64,000 nt of DNA from Desulfobacterales bacterium. Its GTDB lineage: Bacteria; Desulfobacterota; Desulfobacteria; Desulfobacterales; UBA2174. This document shows, piece after piece, positions 19,773 to 31,087 of the stretch (the stretch's first letter is position 1; each line of letters starts with the position of its first letter). The notes beneath the pieces are model-generated. The model had not been told where the DNA came from, ran no database searches, and saw only the letters and a program-made list of their open reading frames with translations. Location of the stretch: the NCBI GenBank assembly GCA_963668645.2, contig CAXXWC010000021.1, forward strand, positions 352,001 to 416,000, written 5' to 3'. The translations under genes and the position numbers were made by a program.

Positions 19773-21610
19773 CGGCCTTCCAGCGTTATAGGAGGCGCCG
19801 GCAGGATTTCCCGCACCACGAAGCCCCCGTTTTGGATTTCCATCAGGCGCAAAGCCTTGTGGGATTCTCCGTTTTGATCAAACCAGGTCTCACCGCTGAC
19901 CGCCCCGGGAAAGCTGGATTGGTGCAGCGTGTCGCGGATCTGCGCGCGACTGCGCACCTGGGGACGGCTGATCGTGTCGCAGAGCATCATGCCGGTATCG
20001 AAGGCCACAGCCTCGATAAAGCCCGGAGATTCGCCATATACGGACGCAAACGTCTCGCTGAAATCGACCACCGCCGGTGTTTCGTCTTTTTCGAAAAAGG
20101 CGCTTGTGAAAACCGCCCCTTCGGCATAGCGCCCCGCCATATCCAGCAGGGTCTTGCTTTGCCACAGATTGGTGCCCATCAACACGGATTGGGTCACATC
20201 GTGATAGGCCAACTGGGGCAGGATCAGCCCGGTTTTGGAAGGCGCCTCGGGAATGAACAGGGCGTCGCAATCAACGATGGGCATGACCGTCGGTGGCTTC
20301 AGGTCGGAACGGCCGCTACTTTCGATCGGTTCTGCCCCGGGGATGGGGGCGTAGCCGACAATCAACTGGCGAATCTGATCGGCAAAATCGGTTTGGGCCG
20401 GATCATAGGAAAGGCTCCGGACGATCTTGGCACCGGCCGCCTCCACATACTCTTCGAAATCTGCCAGAAAGGTCTGCCCGTATCTGTCCTGGGGATAAAG
20501 CACCGCGAAACGGCTCATCGCTTCGTGTTCCACGGCCCAGCGGACCAGGGCTTCGGCCTGCATGCGCGGCGTGATGAAGTGGCGAAAAATGTAGTCGCCG
20601 AAGCTGGCGATGAATTCGCGCTGCGTGAAAACGATCATCGGAATACGCCGCTCCTGGGCCGCAGGAGCCGCCGCAGCCACCGTGGCCATGGGACCGATGA
20701 TGGCCGCCACGCCGTTGGCGTCCAGTTTCGCCACCGCCTGCACCGTCTGTCCATCGTCCGAGCCCGTGTCCTCGATGAGCATCCGTATTGTTTCGCCCTC
20801 GTGGGTGGCCGCGAACCGGGCCAGGGCCAGCTCCACGCCCCGCAGGGCGCGCTGGCCGTAAAAAGCGTGGGAACCGGTCAGCGGGAGCAGGACCCCGATC
20901 AGATGATGGTCGTAGATCGTTTCCCGGCCCAGACTTTGCAGCAGTCGGCGGGCCTCTTCCCCCATCGGCCGCGAAAGCAGTTCGGCCATGGCTTCGGGCT
21001 TCAGCCGGCTCAGCGCCAACTGCGCCTTCTGGATCAGCCCCGACCGGCGTTCATCGGCGGCCAGGACCCAGGCCCTTGCCGCGGCATAGGCCGCTTCGAC
21101 GGGCTGGTCCAGGGCCAGAAAGCCGTCGGCAAGCATTTCCAGCACCAGCGCCCGGGTGGACGGTTCGAACGATTCAAGCGGCAGCTGCGCGGCCCGGTCG
21201 ACCATGCTTTGAAACTGCCCCTCGGCATAGTCGAGGCGCAACAGTTCCAAGGCCGCCTTGGCGCCGTAGTCCGTATCGCCGTAACGTGCCGTCACTTGCT
21301 CGAAGGCCGCCCGGGCCGCCTGCAAATTTCCCCTTTCACTCGCGATGGCGCCGATGCGCATCAACGCCTCGGGCGCAAGACGGCTGTCAGGAAACCGCAC
21401 CACAAACCCCTGGTAGGCTTCCAGTGCCTTGGAAGGATTCGTCCGGGCCAAGAGCTCGGCCGCGTCGAAATTGCGCGCATCGTCGAGGGGGGCTGGGGTC
21501 TGCTGCGGTGCACCCGCCGGAGGTGTGGCCACCGGCGGCGCCGCGCAACCGGCCATGATGAGCGCAGCGAGCCCGATAGCGAACCTGCCGATAATTGACT
21601 TCAGCGACAC
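19769..21610 (-). CDS. Lipoprotein with TPR repeats and periplasmic-binding-protein domain (LpoA/LppC-like PBP activator)
   Basis: Lipobox MAGC; TPR (FP.S..AP.AL); IGVLLPLTG...G..ALRGV; LILPQLAYHDV. Confidence 0.8.
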   Translation of the reverse strand: MSLKSIIGRFAIGLAALIMAGCAAPPVATPPAGAPQQTPAPLDDARNFDAAELLARTNPSKALEAYQGFVVRFPDSRLAPEALMRIGAIASERGNLQAARAAFEQVTARYGDTDYGAKAALELLRLDYAEGQFQSMVDRAAQLPLESFEPSTRALVLEMLADGFLALDQPVEAAYAAARAWVLAADERRSGLIQKAQLALSRLKPEAMAELLSRPMGEEARRLLQSLGRETIYDHHLIGVLLPLTGSHAFYGQRALRGVELALARFAATHEGETIRMLIEDTGSDDGQTVQAVAKLDANGVAAIIGPMATVAAAAPAAQERRIPMIVFTQREFIASFGDYIFRHFITPRMQAEALVRWAVEHEAMSRFAVLYPQDRYGQTFLADFEEYVEAAGAKIVRSLSYDPAQTDFADQIRQLIVGYAPIPGAEPIESSGRSDLKPPTVMPIVDCDALFIPEAPSKTGLILPQLAYHDVTQSVLMGTNLWQSKTLLDMAGRYAEGAVFTSAFFEKDETPAVVDFSETFASVYGESPGFIEAVAFDTGMMLCDTISRPQVRSRAQIRDTLHQSSFPGAVSGETWFDQNGESHKALRLMEIQNGGFVVREILPAPPITLEGR

Positions 21611-21797
21611 CCTAAACTCCTTTCGGGTAGTGTTATAAACCGGTCAAGTCTACACCAGGCCTGACAATTGTCAATCGCTTTGCCGCCGCCAAATGGTTTG
21701 ACAAAGCCGGTCCGACGAACCAATATTAACAGGTCGAGAGCCGGGTGCACCACCCCTCCCCGGCCGGCGCATCAACCAATTCCCACGGAGGAGCAGC

Positions 21798-23093
21798 ATG
21801 GCTGAATCAACCCCCCCTGCCACAAAAGATTTCTTCAAAGCGCTCGAGATCGGACGCCCGCCGAACATCGTACGCCTCTTTCCGCATTCCCGCGCCCTGA
21901 TCGTCAGCGGCAAGATTATCGACCGGGCCATGCTGGCCAAGGGCAAAGCCGTCGCCATGGCGGCCAACGGACGCAACTTTTTCGTCATCCAGGGCGCCTT
22001 GATGGCGGCCCAGCGGGCCAACGCGGCCATGATCATCGAAATCGCCCGCTCGGAGGGCGGGGTCAAGGCGTACTGCGCCGTCAATTACTGGAACATCGCC
22101 CGCTACGTGGACGACCTGTGCAACGAGTTGGGGATCACCATCCCGGTGGCGATCCATGCCGACCATTACGGCATCAAAAAGCCCGAAGACATCCCGCCGG
22201 CCCAGGTTGAAATCCCGTCGATCTTCGATGCGGGCATCACCTCCATCGCAATCGATGCCTCCCACATGCCCGACGACCAGAACCTGCTGGCCAACCTCGA
22301 TCTGGCCCCCTTCATCCCGCCTTGGGCCGGCCTGGAAACGGAAATCGGGGAAATCAAGGGCAAGCAGGGCCTGTCGACCAAGGAAGAAGCCCTCTTTTTG
22401 ATCGAGGGGCTCAACGCCCACGGCATCTTTGCCGACTGGATCGCCCTGAACAACGGCACGACCCACGGCATCGAGGCCAGCGACTCGGGCATCCAGGTGG
22501 AGCTGACCGCGGCCATTCACGAAGCCCTGGCGCCTTACCGCGTTTCCGGCGCCCAGCACGGCACCTCGGGCAACAGTTCCGATCGACTGCGCGCCATCGC
22601 CAAGGGCACCCGCACCACCAAGGCCAACGTGGCCACGGCCCTGCAGATGATCTCCTGGGGTCTGGAAGTCAACGATTACGGCAACGCAAGGCTCGATGCG
22701 CAGGGAGACTTCATCAAGGTGCCCGGCCAGGGGGCGGACGACGCGCTGTGGGCCGAGATGGTGGCCTATGCCCGGGAAAAAGGATGGAAAAAGGGCGATT
22801 ACAAGAAACTCAATCTTCCCTTTGAAAATTGCCTGCTGGCTCAGCCCGAGCCGATCCGGCAGCGCATGGCCCGGCGCGTCGAGGAGTTCGTCTACGAGAT
22901 GCTGGTCAACGTCCTCAATGCCCAGGATACCGCCCCGTTGGCCATCGAGGCCATTTTACGCGCCGGCGGACCGGATCCCGGCCCCAAGACGGCCCGCATC
23001 GCCTCGCCCGAAGAGTGGACCCGTGAAAAAATCGCCCGGCGGGCCGCCGCACTGGACGGCGATAAAGGCCCGGCTGGCGATTTCGACGATTGA
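21798..23093 (+). CDS. fba: Class II fructose-bisphosphate aldolase family protein
   Basis: IHADH, IDASH, ETEIGEI, NGTTHG, QHGTSG, KANVATA. Confidence 0.88.
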   Translation: MAESTPPATKDFFKALEIGRPPNIVRLFPHSRALIVSGKIIDRAMLAKGKAVAMAANGRNFFVIQGALMAAQRANAAMIIEIARSEGGVKAYCAVNYWNIARYVDDLCNELGITIPVAIHADHYGIKKPEDIPPAQVEIPSIFDAGITSIAIDASHMPDDQNLLANLDLAPFIPPWAGLETEIGEIKGKQGLSTKEEALFLIEGLNAHGIFADWIALNNGTTHGIEASDSGIQVELTAAIHEALAPYRVSGAQHGTSGNSSDRLRAIAKGTRTTKANVATALQMISWGLEVNDYGNARLDAQGDFIKVPGQGADDALWAEMVAYAREKGWKKGDYKKLNLPFENCLLAQPEPIRQRMARRVEEFVYEMLVNVLNAQDTAPLAIEAILRAGGPDPGPKTARIASPEEWTREKIARRAAALDGDKGPAGDFDD

Positions 23094-23095
23094 CC

Positions 23096-23590
23096 ATGCC
23101 GGAAAAACGCTTTTGCCATTTTTGCGGCGGCCCCCTGGATTCAAGACACTGGGAGGGCCGCCGAAGGCTTTTTTGCGCCCGCTGCCAGACGCCGCTTTAT
23201 GAAAACCCGGTTCCGGCCACCTGCCTGGTGGTCATCGACGAAGCCAGGCGGGTCCTGCTGGTCAGGCGCAGGGTTGAGCCGCGCATCGGTGAATGGTGCC
23301 TGCCGGGCGGCTTCATGGAGCTGGGAGAATCCCCCGAGGCCGCGGCCCTGCGGGAGCTGGCCGAAGAAACCGGGCTCAGGGGGGTCATCGACGGCCTGCT
23401 GGGAGTCGTGTCAACCCCCAACGCCGCCTACGACACGGTGTTGATGCTCGGCTACCGGGTGCGCCGATTCGAGGGGAATCCCCGGCCGGACGACGATGCC
23501 GACGCCATCGAATGGTTCGATCCGGCCCGCCTTCCGCCCATCGCCTTCGACAGCCACCTCCGCTTCATCGGCCAGGCCCTGGGGCAGTGA
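23096..23590 (+). CDS. NUDIX hydrolase with N-terminal zinc ribbon
   Basis: FCHFCG...CARC...YENP; Nudix box GGFMELGESPEAAALRELAEETG. Confidence 0.9.
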   Translation: MPEKRFCHFCGGPLDSRHWEGRRRLFCARCQTPLYENPVPATCLVVIDEARRVLLVRRRVEPRIGEWCLPGGFMELGESPEAAALRELAEETGLRGVIDGLLGVVSTPNAAYDTVLMLGYRVRRFEGNPRPDDDADAIEWFDPARLPPIAFDSHLRFIGQALGQ

Positions 23591-23597
23591 GGTCTTC

Positions 23598-24395
23598 TCA
23601 CAGCTCGACTTTGGCCTTTTTCCAGAGCTCTTCCATTTCATCGCGGGTCAGCTGATCCAGGGATCGCCCGGCTGCGGCGCAAGCGGCCTCCATGTGGCGA
23701 AAACGGGTCTGGAACTTGTCGATGGCCGCCGTAAGCGCGGTTTCCGGATGGATCCGCGTGAAACGCGCCACATTGACCAGGGTGAAGAGCAGATCGCCGA
23801 ATTCCATGGCCGCATCGCTGCGATCCGTCCTGCCGTCTTGCAGCTTTCTGAGTTCTTCCTGGAACTCGCGCCATTCATCCTCGGCCTGGCGCATCACGGC
23901 GCGCCGGTCCTCCCAATCGAAGCCCATGGCCACCGCGCGCTGCGAGACGCGCCAGGCCCTGAGCAGGGCCGGCATTCCCGCCGGAACGCTGTCGAGCACG
24001 GAGCGCTGGGCATCTTCGCCCTTTTCGCTGCGCTTGATCGCATCCCATTGGATGCGCACCGCCTCGGGGGTCTCGGCCTGCCGATCACCGAATACATGGG
24101 GGTGCCGGCGGATCATTTTTTCGCGATTCTGCGCCAGGATCGTATCGATCTTCAACCGGCCGCTCTCCTGGAAAAGAGAAGCGATGAAAAAAACCTGAAA
24201 CAGCACATCGCCCAACTCTTCGCAAACCGCGGCATCATCATCGCGCTGCATGGCCTCGATCAGCTCGAAGGTCTCCTCGGCCAGATAGACCCCCATGGAA
24301 GCAGGGGTCTGCTTCCGGTCCCAGGGGCAGCCGTTTTGCCCGCGCAACGTGGCGATCAGGTTCAACAGGGCCTCGATACCGTCCGCGACGCTCAT
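23598..24395 (-). CDS. mazG: Nucleoside triphosphate pyrophosphohydrolase MazG
   Basis: GCPWDRKQT, EELGDVL, RRHPHVF, EFGDLLF. ATGA overlap with the cvpA stop. Confidence 0.93.
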   Translation of the reverse strand: MSVADGIEALLNLIATLRGQNGCPWDRKQTPASMGVYLAEETFELIEAMQRDDDAAVCEELGDVLFQVFFIASLFQESGRLKIDTILAQNREKMIRRHPHVFGDRQAETPEAVRIQWDAIKRSEKGEDAQRSVLDSVPAGMPALLRAWRVSQRAVAMGFDWEDRRAVMRQAEDEWREFQEELRKLQDGRTDRSDAAMEFGDLLFTLVNVARFTRIHPETALTAAIDKFQTRFRHMEAACAAAGRSLDQLTRDEMEELWKKAKVEL

Positions 24396-24928
24396 GATGA
24401 TTTCTCCATCGAACGCCAAAGCTTGTGCAATTCGGCGGCCTTGCTGTCGAACTGGGCCTTGAGCTCCTTGTGGGTGATGCGGGCCAGGGTTTCACTGATA
24501 ATGGCCACGTGGGGTGCCAGGATCGAGTCGCGCACCAGCGGCGCTCCCTTGGGCAAAAAGGCAGTCAAGGTCATCAGGACCACCGCGCTGATCAAGACCG
24601 CCTTGAGCAGACCGAAAAGGGCCCCGCAAAAGCGGTCCACGCCGCCGAGAAAGGCGACCCGCAGCAGGTATTTGATGATCACCCCGATCACACTGATGGT
24701 GAGCAGCACCAGGGCGAAGATCAGCAAAAAGCTCAAGATGTTGCGGTAGGCGGCGGTGTCGATCCACCCGGCCAGGAGTCGTCCCATCAGGGGATAGTAG
24801 CTGTAGGCGGCCCAAAAACCGGCCAAAACGCCGACGATCGCCGCAACCTCCTTGATCAATCCGCGGAAAATCCCCCGGATAAGACCGTAGGCGACCACGA
24901 TGGCAACAAAAATATCGAATAGATTCAT
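24392..24928 (-). CDS. cvpA: CvpA (colicin V production) family membrane protein
   Basis: G..RGLIKE, DR..GALFG..K motifs; 4 TM segments. Confidence 0.9.
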   Translation of the reverse strand: MNLFDIFVAIVVAYGLIRGIFRGLIKEVAAIVGVLAGFWAAYSYYPLMGRLLAGWIDTAAYRNILSFLLIFALVLLTISVIGVIIKYLLRVAFLGGVDRFCGALFGLLKAVLISAVVLMTLTAFLPKGAPLVRDSILAPHVAIISETLARITHKELKAQFDSKAAELHKLWRSMEKSS

Positions 24929-25129
24929 CTTACTTCCGTCTGGACCGCGATCTCTGTGTATGGCCCTTGTGCGAATTCACCGCGAATGAAAACCACCTGA
25001 AAAAACAATAGATCAAGGAATTTAACAGGGGATATCGGTCAGGTCAAGGCGTTTTTCCAAAAGCAATTTGCCAAGATTGAAGGGGTTATGATAGGGTTCT
25101 GCTCCCGGTGAAAGGAGAAAGTGTTTTCC

Positions 25130-26128
<999 letters not shown>

Positions 26129-26165
26129 AGCCTTTTGATGCCGGTGGACGCGAGGTCGGAAGACC

Positions 26166-28577
26166 ATGGATAAGCCGAAAACCGAAACGGCTCAGCAGCC
26201 GGAGGCCCAATCCCGCTGGCGCTGGTTGCTGATGCTGGCGCTGGCGGCGGTCTTTGCGCTGGTGCTTCACCCGCGGCCCTCCCCCACCCGCTTCAACTAC
26301 AGGCCCGGGGATGTGGTCCAGAAGGATATCAAGGCCCCCCGGGATTTTTTTATCGAAGACCAGGAGGCCACAGAGGAAAAACGCCACCATGCCTCCGAGC
26401 TGGTCAAGACGGTCTACGATTTTGACAGCAGCCGCCTGCCGACCCTTTCGCACCAGGTGCACAGCGCCTTTGCCTTGTTGCGCTCCACCGTGGAAAACGA
26501 GGAACGGGCCCACGAGCTTGAAGCGGCCCGGCACCAGAACCCGGTCATGGACGGCGCGGCCCCGGTCTTGCCCCCACGCCCGTCACTGCACGAACAGATC
26601 TGGAAAGAAAAGGAAGAGTTCGAGAAAAACCTGGGCATCACGGTAGGTGACGGTGCTTTCGCCATCCTGGAAAAGGAAGGATTTTCCTTCTTTATCGAAG
26701 AGACCCTCAACCAGATCCTGGGCGAAATTCTCGACAACGGGGTGGTCAACAACAAGGAGATGCTCCTGAGGGATGTGGATCAGGGCATCGTTTTGCGCGA
26801 CATCGTCACCCACAATGAACGCACCGTCTACGATCTGAAGCAGTTTTACGGCCACGATCAGGCCAAGACGATGGTGCGCATCGTCGGCGATCCGCTGTTG
26901 CGCGAAAAGGACTACAACCTGCGCAACCTGGTGGTGGATCTGGCCCAACGGCTGATCCAGCCCAACATCACCCTCAACCGCAGCGAAACCGCCGATCGGC
27001 GCCGTATCGCGGCCGAGACCGTCAAGCCGGTGCTCTATCAGATCAAAGCCGGCGAAATGATCCTGCGCGAAGGCGAACGGGTCACGCCGGTGCATCTGCT
27101 CAAACTCAAGGCCTCCCATCCCAAGCAGGGGGAAGCTCCAGGCGTGCTCAAAAGCATCGGGGCCGGCCTTGTGCTTTTCTGCCTGCTGGCGGTGCTGGAC
27201 ACCGTGGGACTGCGCCGCAGCCCGATCTTCAGACGCAATCCGCAGCGCAACCTCTTCTTTCTGGTCTCGGTGTTGGGCCTCTTTTTCACCCTGACCCGCA
27301 TCACCCTGTCGCTCAGCGAGGCCCTGGCCCAGCAGCCGCCCTGGGGATTGAGTACCGGCTCGATCTTTTTCGGAATGCCCATTACCAGCGGGGCCATGCT
27401 GGTTTGCATCTTCTTTGGACTGGATCTGGCCATGGCCATGGCCATGGTGCTGGCCGTGGCCCTGCCCCTGCTGCTACCCGACCATACCTATCTGCTCTTT
27501 TTCTTTCTGCTCAACGGGGCCATGGGGGCCTACTGGGTCCAGCACTGCCGCGAACGCCGGGCGTTTATCAACGCCGGGGTGCGCCTGGCCGTCTTCAATC
27601 TGCTGCTGGCGACCGCTGTCAATCTCAACGCCGGCACGATAGATGCGACCCGCCTGATCGGCGACTTTACCTTCGCCCTGCTCGGCGGCATCGGCGCGGG
27701 CATCGTCACCGCCGGCCTCACGCCCCTGGTGGAGATGGCCTTCGGCTATACCACCGATATCACCCTGCTGGAGCTGGCCAACCTCGATCGGCCTATTTTG
27801 CGCCAGTTGATGATGGAAGCGCCGGGAACTTACCACCATTCGGTGGTAGTCGGTTCCATGGTGGAGGCCGCAGCGGCCGATATCGGCGCCAACCCGCTTC
27901 TGGGCAAGGTTTGCGGCTACTACCATGATATCGGCAAGATTAAAAAGCCGCTATACTTCATCGAAAACCAGCGCAGCGGCAGAAACCCCCACGACAAGCT
28001 GGCGCCATCCATGTCCAAACGCATCCTGGTGGCCCATGTCAAGGACGGGGTTGAGATCGCCAGCCAGCACAAACTGGGCCGCACGATTATCGACACCATC
28101 AGCCAGAGCCACGGCACCAGCCTGATCGTCTACTTTTACGAAAAAGCCCGTCAAGCGCACGGCGAGAGCAACGTCAACCCGGACGATTTCCGTTATCCGG
28201 GTCCCCGCCCCCAAACCCGCGAGGCAGGTCTGGTCATGCTGGCCGATGTGGTCGAAGCCGCCTCCCGGACCCTCGAAAATCCGACTCCGGCAAGGATCAG
28301 GGGCCTGGTTCAGAACCTGATCAACAAGGTTTTTTCGGACGGCCAGCTGGACGAATGTGAACTAACCTTGAAAGATTTGCATAAAATAGCTAAGAGTTTC
28401 AATAAGATATTATATGGCATCCACCACCACCGCATCGAGTATCCCGAACGCTCGGGGACCAATGGGAAATCCAAAAATGGCCGTTCTGATCGACAATCGC
28501 CAGAACCTGCTGCCGATCCCGATTCCAAACCTGCGCCGCCAAGCACAGACCGTCTTAGACGCCTTGGGATGTCCTGA
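26166..28577 (+). CDS. 7TM-HD (HDIG) phosphohydrolase, PgpH-like cyclic-di-AMP phosphodiesterase family
   Basis: 7TMR-HDED extracellular domain, 7 TM segments, APGTYHHS, YHDIGK, FRYPGP.P, MLAD..EA. Confidence 0.9.
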   Translation: MDKPKTETAQQPEAQSRWRWLLMLALAAVFALVLHPRPSPTRFNYRPGDVVQKDIKAPRDFFIEDQEATEEKRHHASELVKTVYDFDSSRLPTLSHQVHSAFALLRSTVENEERAHELEAARHQNPVMDGAAPVLPPRPSLHEQIWKEKEEFEKNLGITVGDGAFAILEKEGFSFFIEETLNQILGEILDNGVVNNKEMLLRDVDQGIVLRDIVTHNERTVYDLKQFYGHDQAKTMVRIVGDPLLREKDYNLRNLVVDLAQRLIQPNITLNRSETADRRRIAAETVKPVLYQIKAGEMILREGERVTPVHLLKLKASHPKQGEAPGVLKSIGAGLVLFCLLAVLDTVGLRRSPIFRRNPQRNLFFLVSVLGLFFTLTRITLSLSEALAQQPPWGLSTGSIFFGMPITSGAMLVCIFFGLDLAMAMAMVLAVALPLLLPDHTYLLFFFLLNGAMGAYWVQHCRERRAFINAGVRLAVFNLLLATAVNLNAGTIDATRLIGDFTFALLGGIGAGIVTAGLTPLVEMAFGYTTDITLLELANLDRPILRQLMMEAPGTYHHSVVVGSMVEAAAADIGANPLLGKVCGYYHDIGKIKKPLYFIENQRSGRNPHDKLAPSMSKRILVAHVKDGVEIASQHKLGRTIIDTISQSHGTSLIVYFYEKARQAHGESNVNPDDFRYPGPRPQTREAGLVMLADVVEAASRTLENPTPARIRGLVQNLINKVFSDGQLDECELTLKDLHKIAKSFNKILYGIHHHRIEYPERSGTNGKSKNGRSDRQSPEPAADPDSKPAPPSTDRLRRLGMS

Positions 28578-28950
28578 GGGCGAATTGTCGGTGGTCATCG
28601 TCGAAGACGAGGCCATCGCCGCCATCAACCAGGAATATCTCCAGCGCAGCGGTCCCACCAACGTGATCTCCTTTGCCATGCGCGAGGGCGACTTCGGTCA
28701 GCTTCACCCCGAACTGCTCGGCGACGTGGTGATCAGCGTTGAAACCGCCCGGCGCGAGGCCGAGGCGGCCGCCATGCCTTTCGGCCGGCGCCTCAGCGAG
28801 CTGCTGGTCCACGGGGTGCTCCACCTGTTCGGTTATGATCATGAGACCCCCGAAGCCGATGCGGCCGCCATGGAGGCCAAAAGCCGGGAACTGATGGATC
28901 GCATCGAGGCCCTGGATCCCGCAGCGGACGAGGCGGACGACCGCGATTAA
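28477..28950 (+). CDS. ybeY: rRNA maturation endoribonuclease YbeY
   Basis: PTNVISF, LGDVVIS, HGVLHLFGYDH. Overlaps the 3' end of the HDIG gene. Confidence 0.93.
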   Translation: MAVLIDNRQNLLPIPIPNLRRQAQTVLDALGCPEGELSVVIVEDEAIAAINQEYLQRSGPTNVISFAMREGDFGQLHPELLGDVVISVETARREAEAAAMPFGRRLSELLVHGVLHLFGYDHETPEADAAAMEAKSRELMDRIEALDPAADEADDRD

Positions 28951-28964
28951 AGGAGGGAATCCCC

Positions 28965-30557
28965 ATGCAACTGGTTAGCGCCGCCCAGATGCAGGCCATG
29001 GATCGGGCCACCATCCAGGACTTCGGTCTGCCGGGGCGTCTCTTGATGGAAAATGCCGGACGCGGTGCGGTTCAAGCCATGCTCACCGCCTGGGGTGAAC
29101 CGGCGGCCAAACCGATCGGGGTGGCCGCCGGGCGGGGCAACAACGGCGGGGACGGATTCGTCATCGCCCGCTGCCTGGCCCAGCGCGGCCATTCGGTGAC
29201 CGTCTTTTTGCTTTCCTCACGCGATCGCGTCGGCGGGGATGCCGCGGCCAATCTGGCCCTGCTCGATCCTCTGGGGATCCCGGTGATCGAGGTGCCCGAT
29301 GCAGCGGCCTTCGACCGCTGCGAGGCGGAGATGCGCCGGCCCCGGATTTGGATCGATGCCATTTTCGGCACCGGCCTCAACGCCGAGGTGCGCGGGGTGC
29401 AGGCCCGCATGATCGACCTGATCAATGCCCAGGGCCGGCCGGTGCTGGCCGTGGACATCGCTTCGGGACTGGACGCCGATACGGGCCAGGTCCTGGGCCG
29501 GGCCGTACGGGCCGATCTGACCGCCACCTTCGCCTTTGCCAAAATCGGTCACAAGGTCCATCCCGGGGCCGCGCTCACCGGCCGGCTTTTCGTGGTGGAC
29601 ATCGGGATCCCGTCCCAGATCGCTGCCGGCGTTGCGGCCCCCCAGCAGTTGATCGACGCCGCTCTGGCCAGCGCCGATCTACCCCGCCGGGCACCCGACG
29701 CGCACAAGGGAACCACCGGACATCTGCTCGTGGTAGCCGGATCCACTGGCAAGGCCGGCGCTGCGGCCATGACCGCCACGGCCGCCATGCACAGCGGTGC
29801 AGGGCTGGTCACTCTGGCCGTGCCGGCCGCCCTGCTGCAGGTGGCCGCCGGCCTGGTCCTCGAGGCCATGACCGCGCCCCTGGCCGGCAACGCTTCCGGC
29901 GCCCTTGAGATGGCGGCCCTGCCGGCCCTGGAGCGGTTGTATGCCGGCAAGCGCTGCCTGGCCCTGGGGCCGGGGATCGGCACGGCCGAGACCACGGCGG
30001 ATCTGGTCCGCGCCGTGGTCAAAGACTGCCCGCTGCCCATGGTGATCGATGCCGACGCCATCAACATCCTGGCCCAAACCCCGGAGCTGTTGTCATCGGC
30101 CCGCTCACCGCTGATCCTCACCCCCCACCCGGGCGAGATGGCCCGCCTGATGGCCGTTACCACCGCCGAGATTCAAGCCGACCGCATCGGCGCGGCCCGC
30201 CGCCTGGCCGGGCACCACGGGATCTGGGTGGTGCTCAAAGGCGCTGCCACGGTCATCGCCGGGCCCGGCGGGCAGGTCTGGATCAACTCCAGCGGCAACC
30301 CGGGCATGGCCAGTGGCGGGATGGGCGATGTCCTGGCCGGACTGATCGCCGGGTTGATCGTCCAGCGGCTTGCCCCCGAGGCCGCGGCCCGCCTGGGGGT
30401 CTTCGTCCACGGGGCGGCCGCCGACCGCCTGGCAGCGCGCCGCGGCCCCCAGGGATATTTGGCCGCCCAGGTGATGCAGACCGTGCCGGAGATATTCCGG
30501 GATCTGGCCCAGGCCCCGGAAACCTTTGGCGCGCCGGCGCAAAAGGTGCCCTTCTGA
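28965..30557 (+). CDS. nnr: Bifunctional NAD(P)HX epimerase/dehydratase
   Basis: LMENAG, GNNGGDG, DAIFGTG, HKG..G, LTPHPGEM, GGMGDVL. Confidence 0.94.
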   Translation: MQLVSAAQMQAMDRATIQDFGLPGRLLMENAGRGAVQAMLTAWGEPAAKPIGVAAGRGNNGGDGFVIARCLAQRGHSVTVFLLSSRDRVGGDAAANLALLDPLGIPVIEVPDAAAFDRCEAEMRRPRIWIDAIFGTGLNAEVRGVQARMIDLINAQGRPVLAVDIASGLDADTGQVLGRAVRADLTATFAFAKIGHKVHPGAALTGRLFVVDIGIPSQIAAGVAAPQQLIDAALASADLPRRAPDAHKGTTGHLLVVAGSTGKAGAAAMTATAAMHSGAGLVTLAVPAALLQVAAGLVLEAMTAPLAGNASGALEMAALPALERLYAGKRCLALGPGIGTAETTADLVRAVVKDCPLPMVIDADAINILAQTPELLSSARSPLILTPHPGEMARLMAVTTAEIQADRIGAARRLAGHHGIWVVLKGAATVIAGPGGQVWINSSGNPGMASGGMGDVLAGLIAGLIVQRLAPEAAARLGVFVHGAAADRLAARRGPQGYLAAQVMQTVPEIFRDLAQAPETFGAPAQKVPF

Positions 30558-31087
30558 TGCTGGCCGAACCTTTTTGCATGGTGCGCGACTGCCCCTCACC
30601 CGAGGCCACGCGCCGCCTGGCGCAGCATCTGGGCGGCCTGGCCGGCACCGGTCTGGTCATCGGTTTGAGCGGGCCCCTGGGCAGCGGCAAGACCACCTTC
30701 GTCCAGGGGCTGGCCGCCGGCCTGGATGTCCCTGCCGCCTTTGCCGTCACCAGCCCCACCTTCACCCTGGTCAACGCGTATCCCGGGCGCCTGCCCCTTT
30801 ACCATGCGGATCTTTACCGGCTGGGAGAAAATGCCGATCTGGAATCCATCGGGCTGTATGATTGCATGGACGAACTCGGGGTGCTGGCCATCGAATGGGC
30901 CGATCTCGCACCGGCCGAGCTGCCCGAAATCCGCTTGGAGATCCATCTGGAGATCGTCTCGGATACGGGCCGGCGCATCAGCCTCCGGGCATATGGACTT
31001 GCGCCTGAGAATCTGTTAAGACAGCTCGCCGAGCACGAAGAAAGAACCAGCTCGCTTTCACTGCCCAAGGAGTCTTTATGGCACTGA
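30557..31087 (+). CDS. tsaE: tRNA t6A biosynthesis ATPase TsaE
   Basis: [27 protein letters not shown]. Confidence 0.94.
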   Translation: MLAEPFCMVRDCPSPEATRRLAQHLGGLAGTGLVIGLSGPLGSGKTTFVQGLAAGLDVPAAFAVTSPTFTLVNAYPGRLPLYHADLYRLGENADLESIGLYDCMDELGVLAIEWADLAPAELPEIRLEIHLEIVSDTGRRISLRAYGLAPENLLRQLAEHEERTSSLSLPKESLWH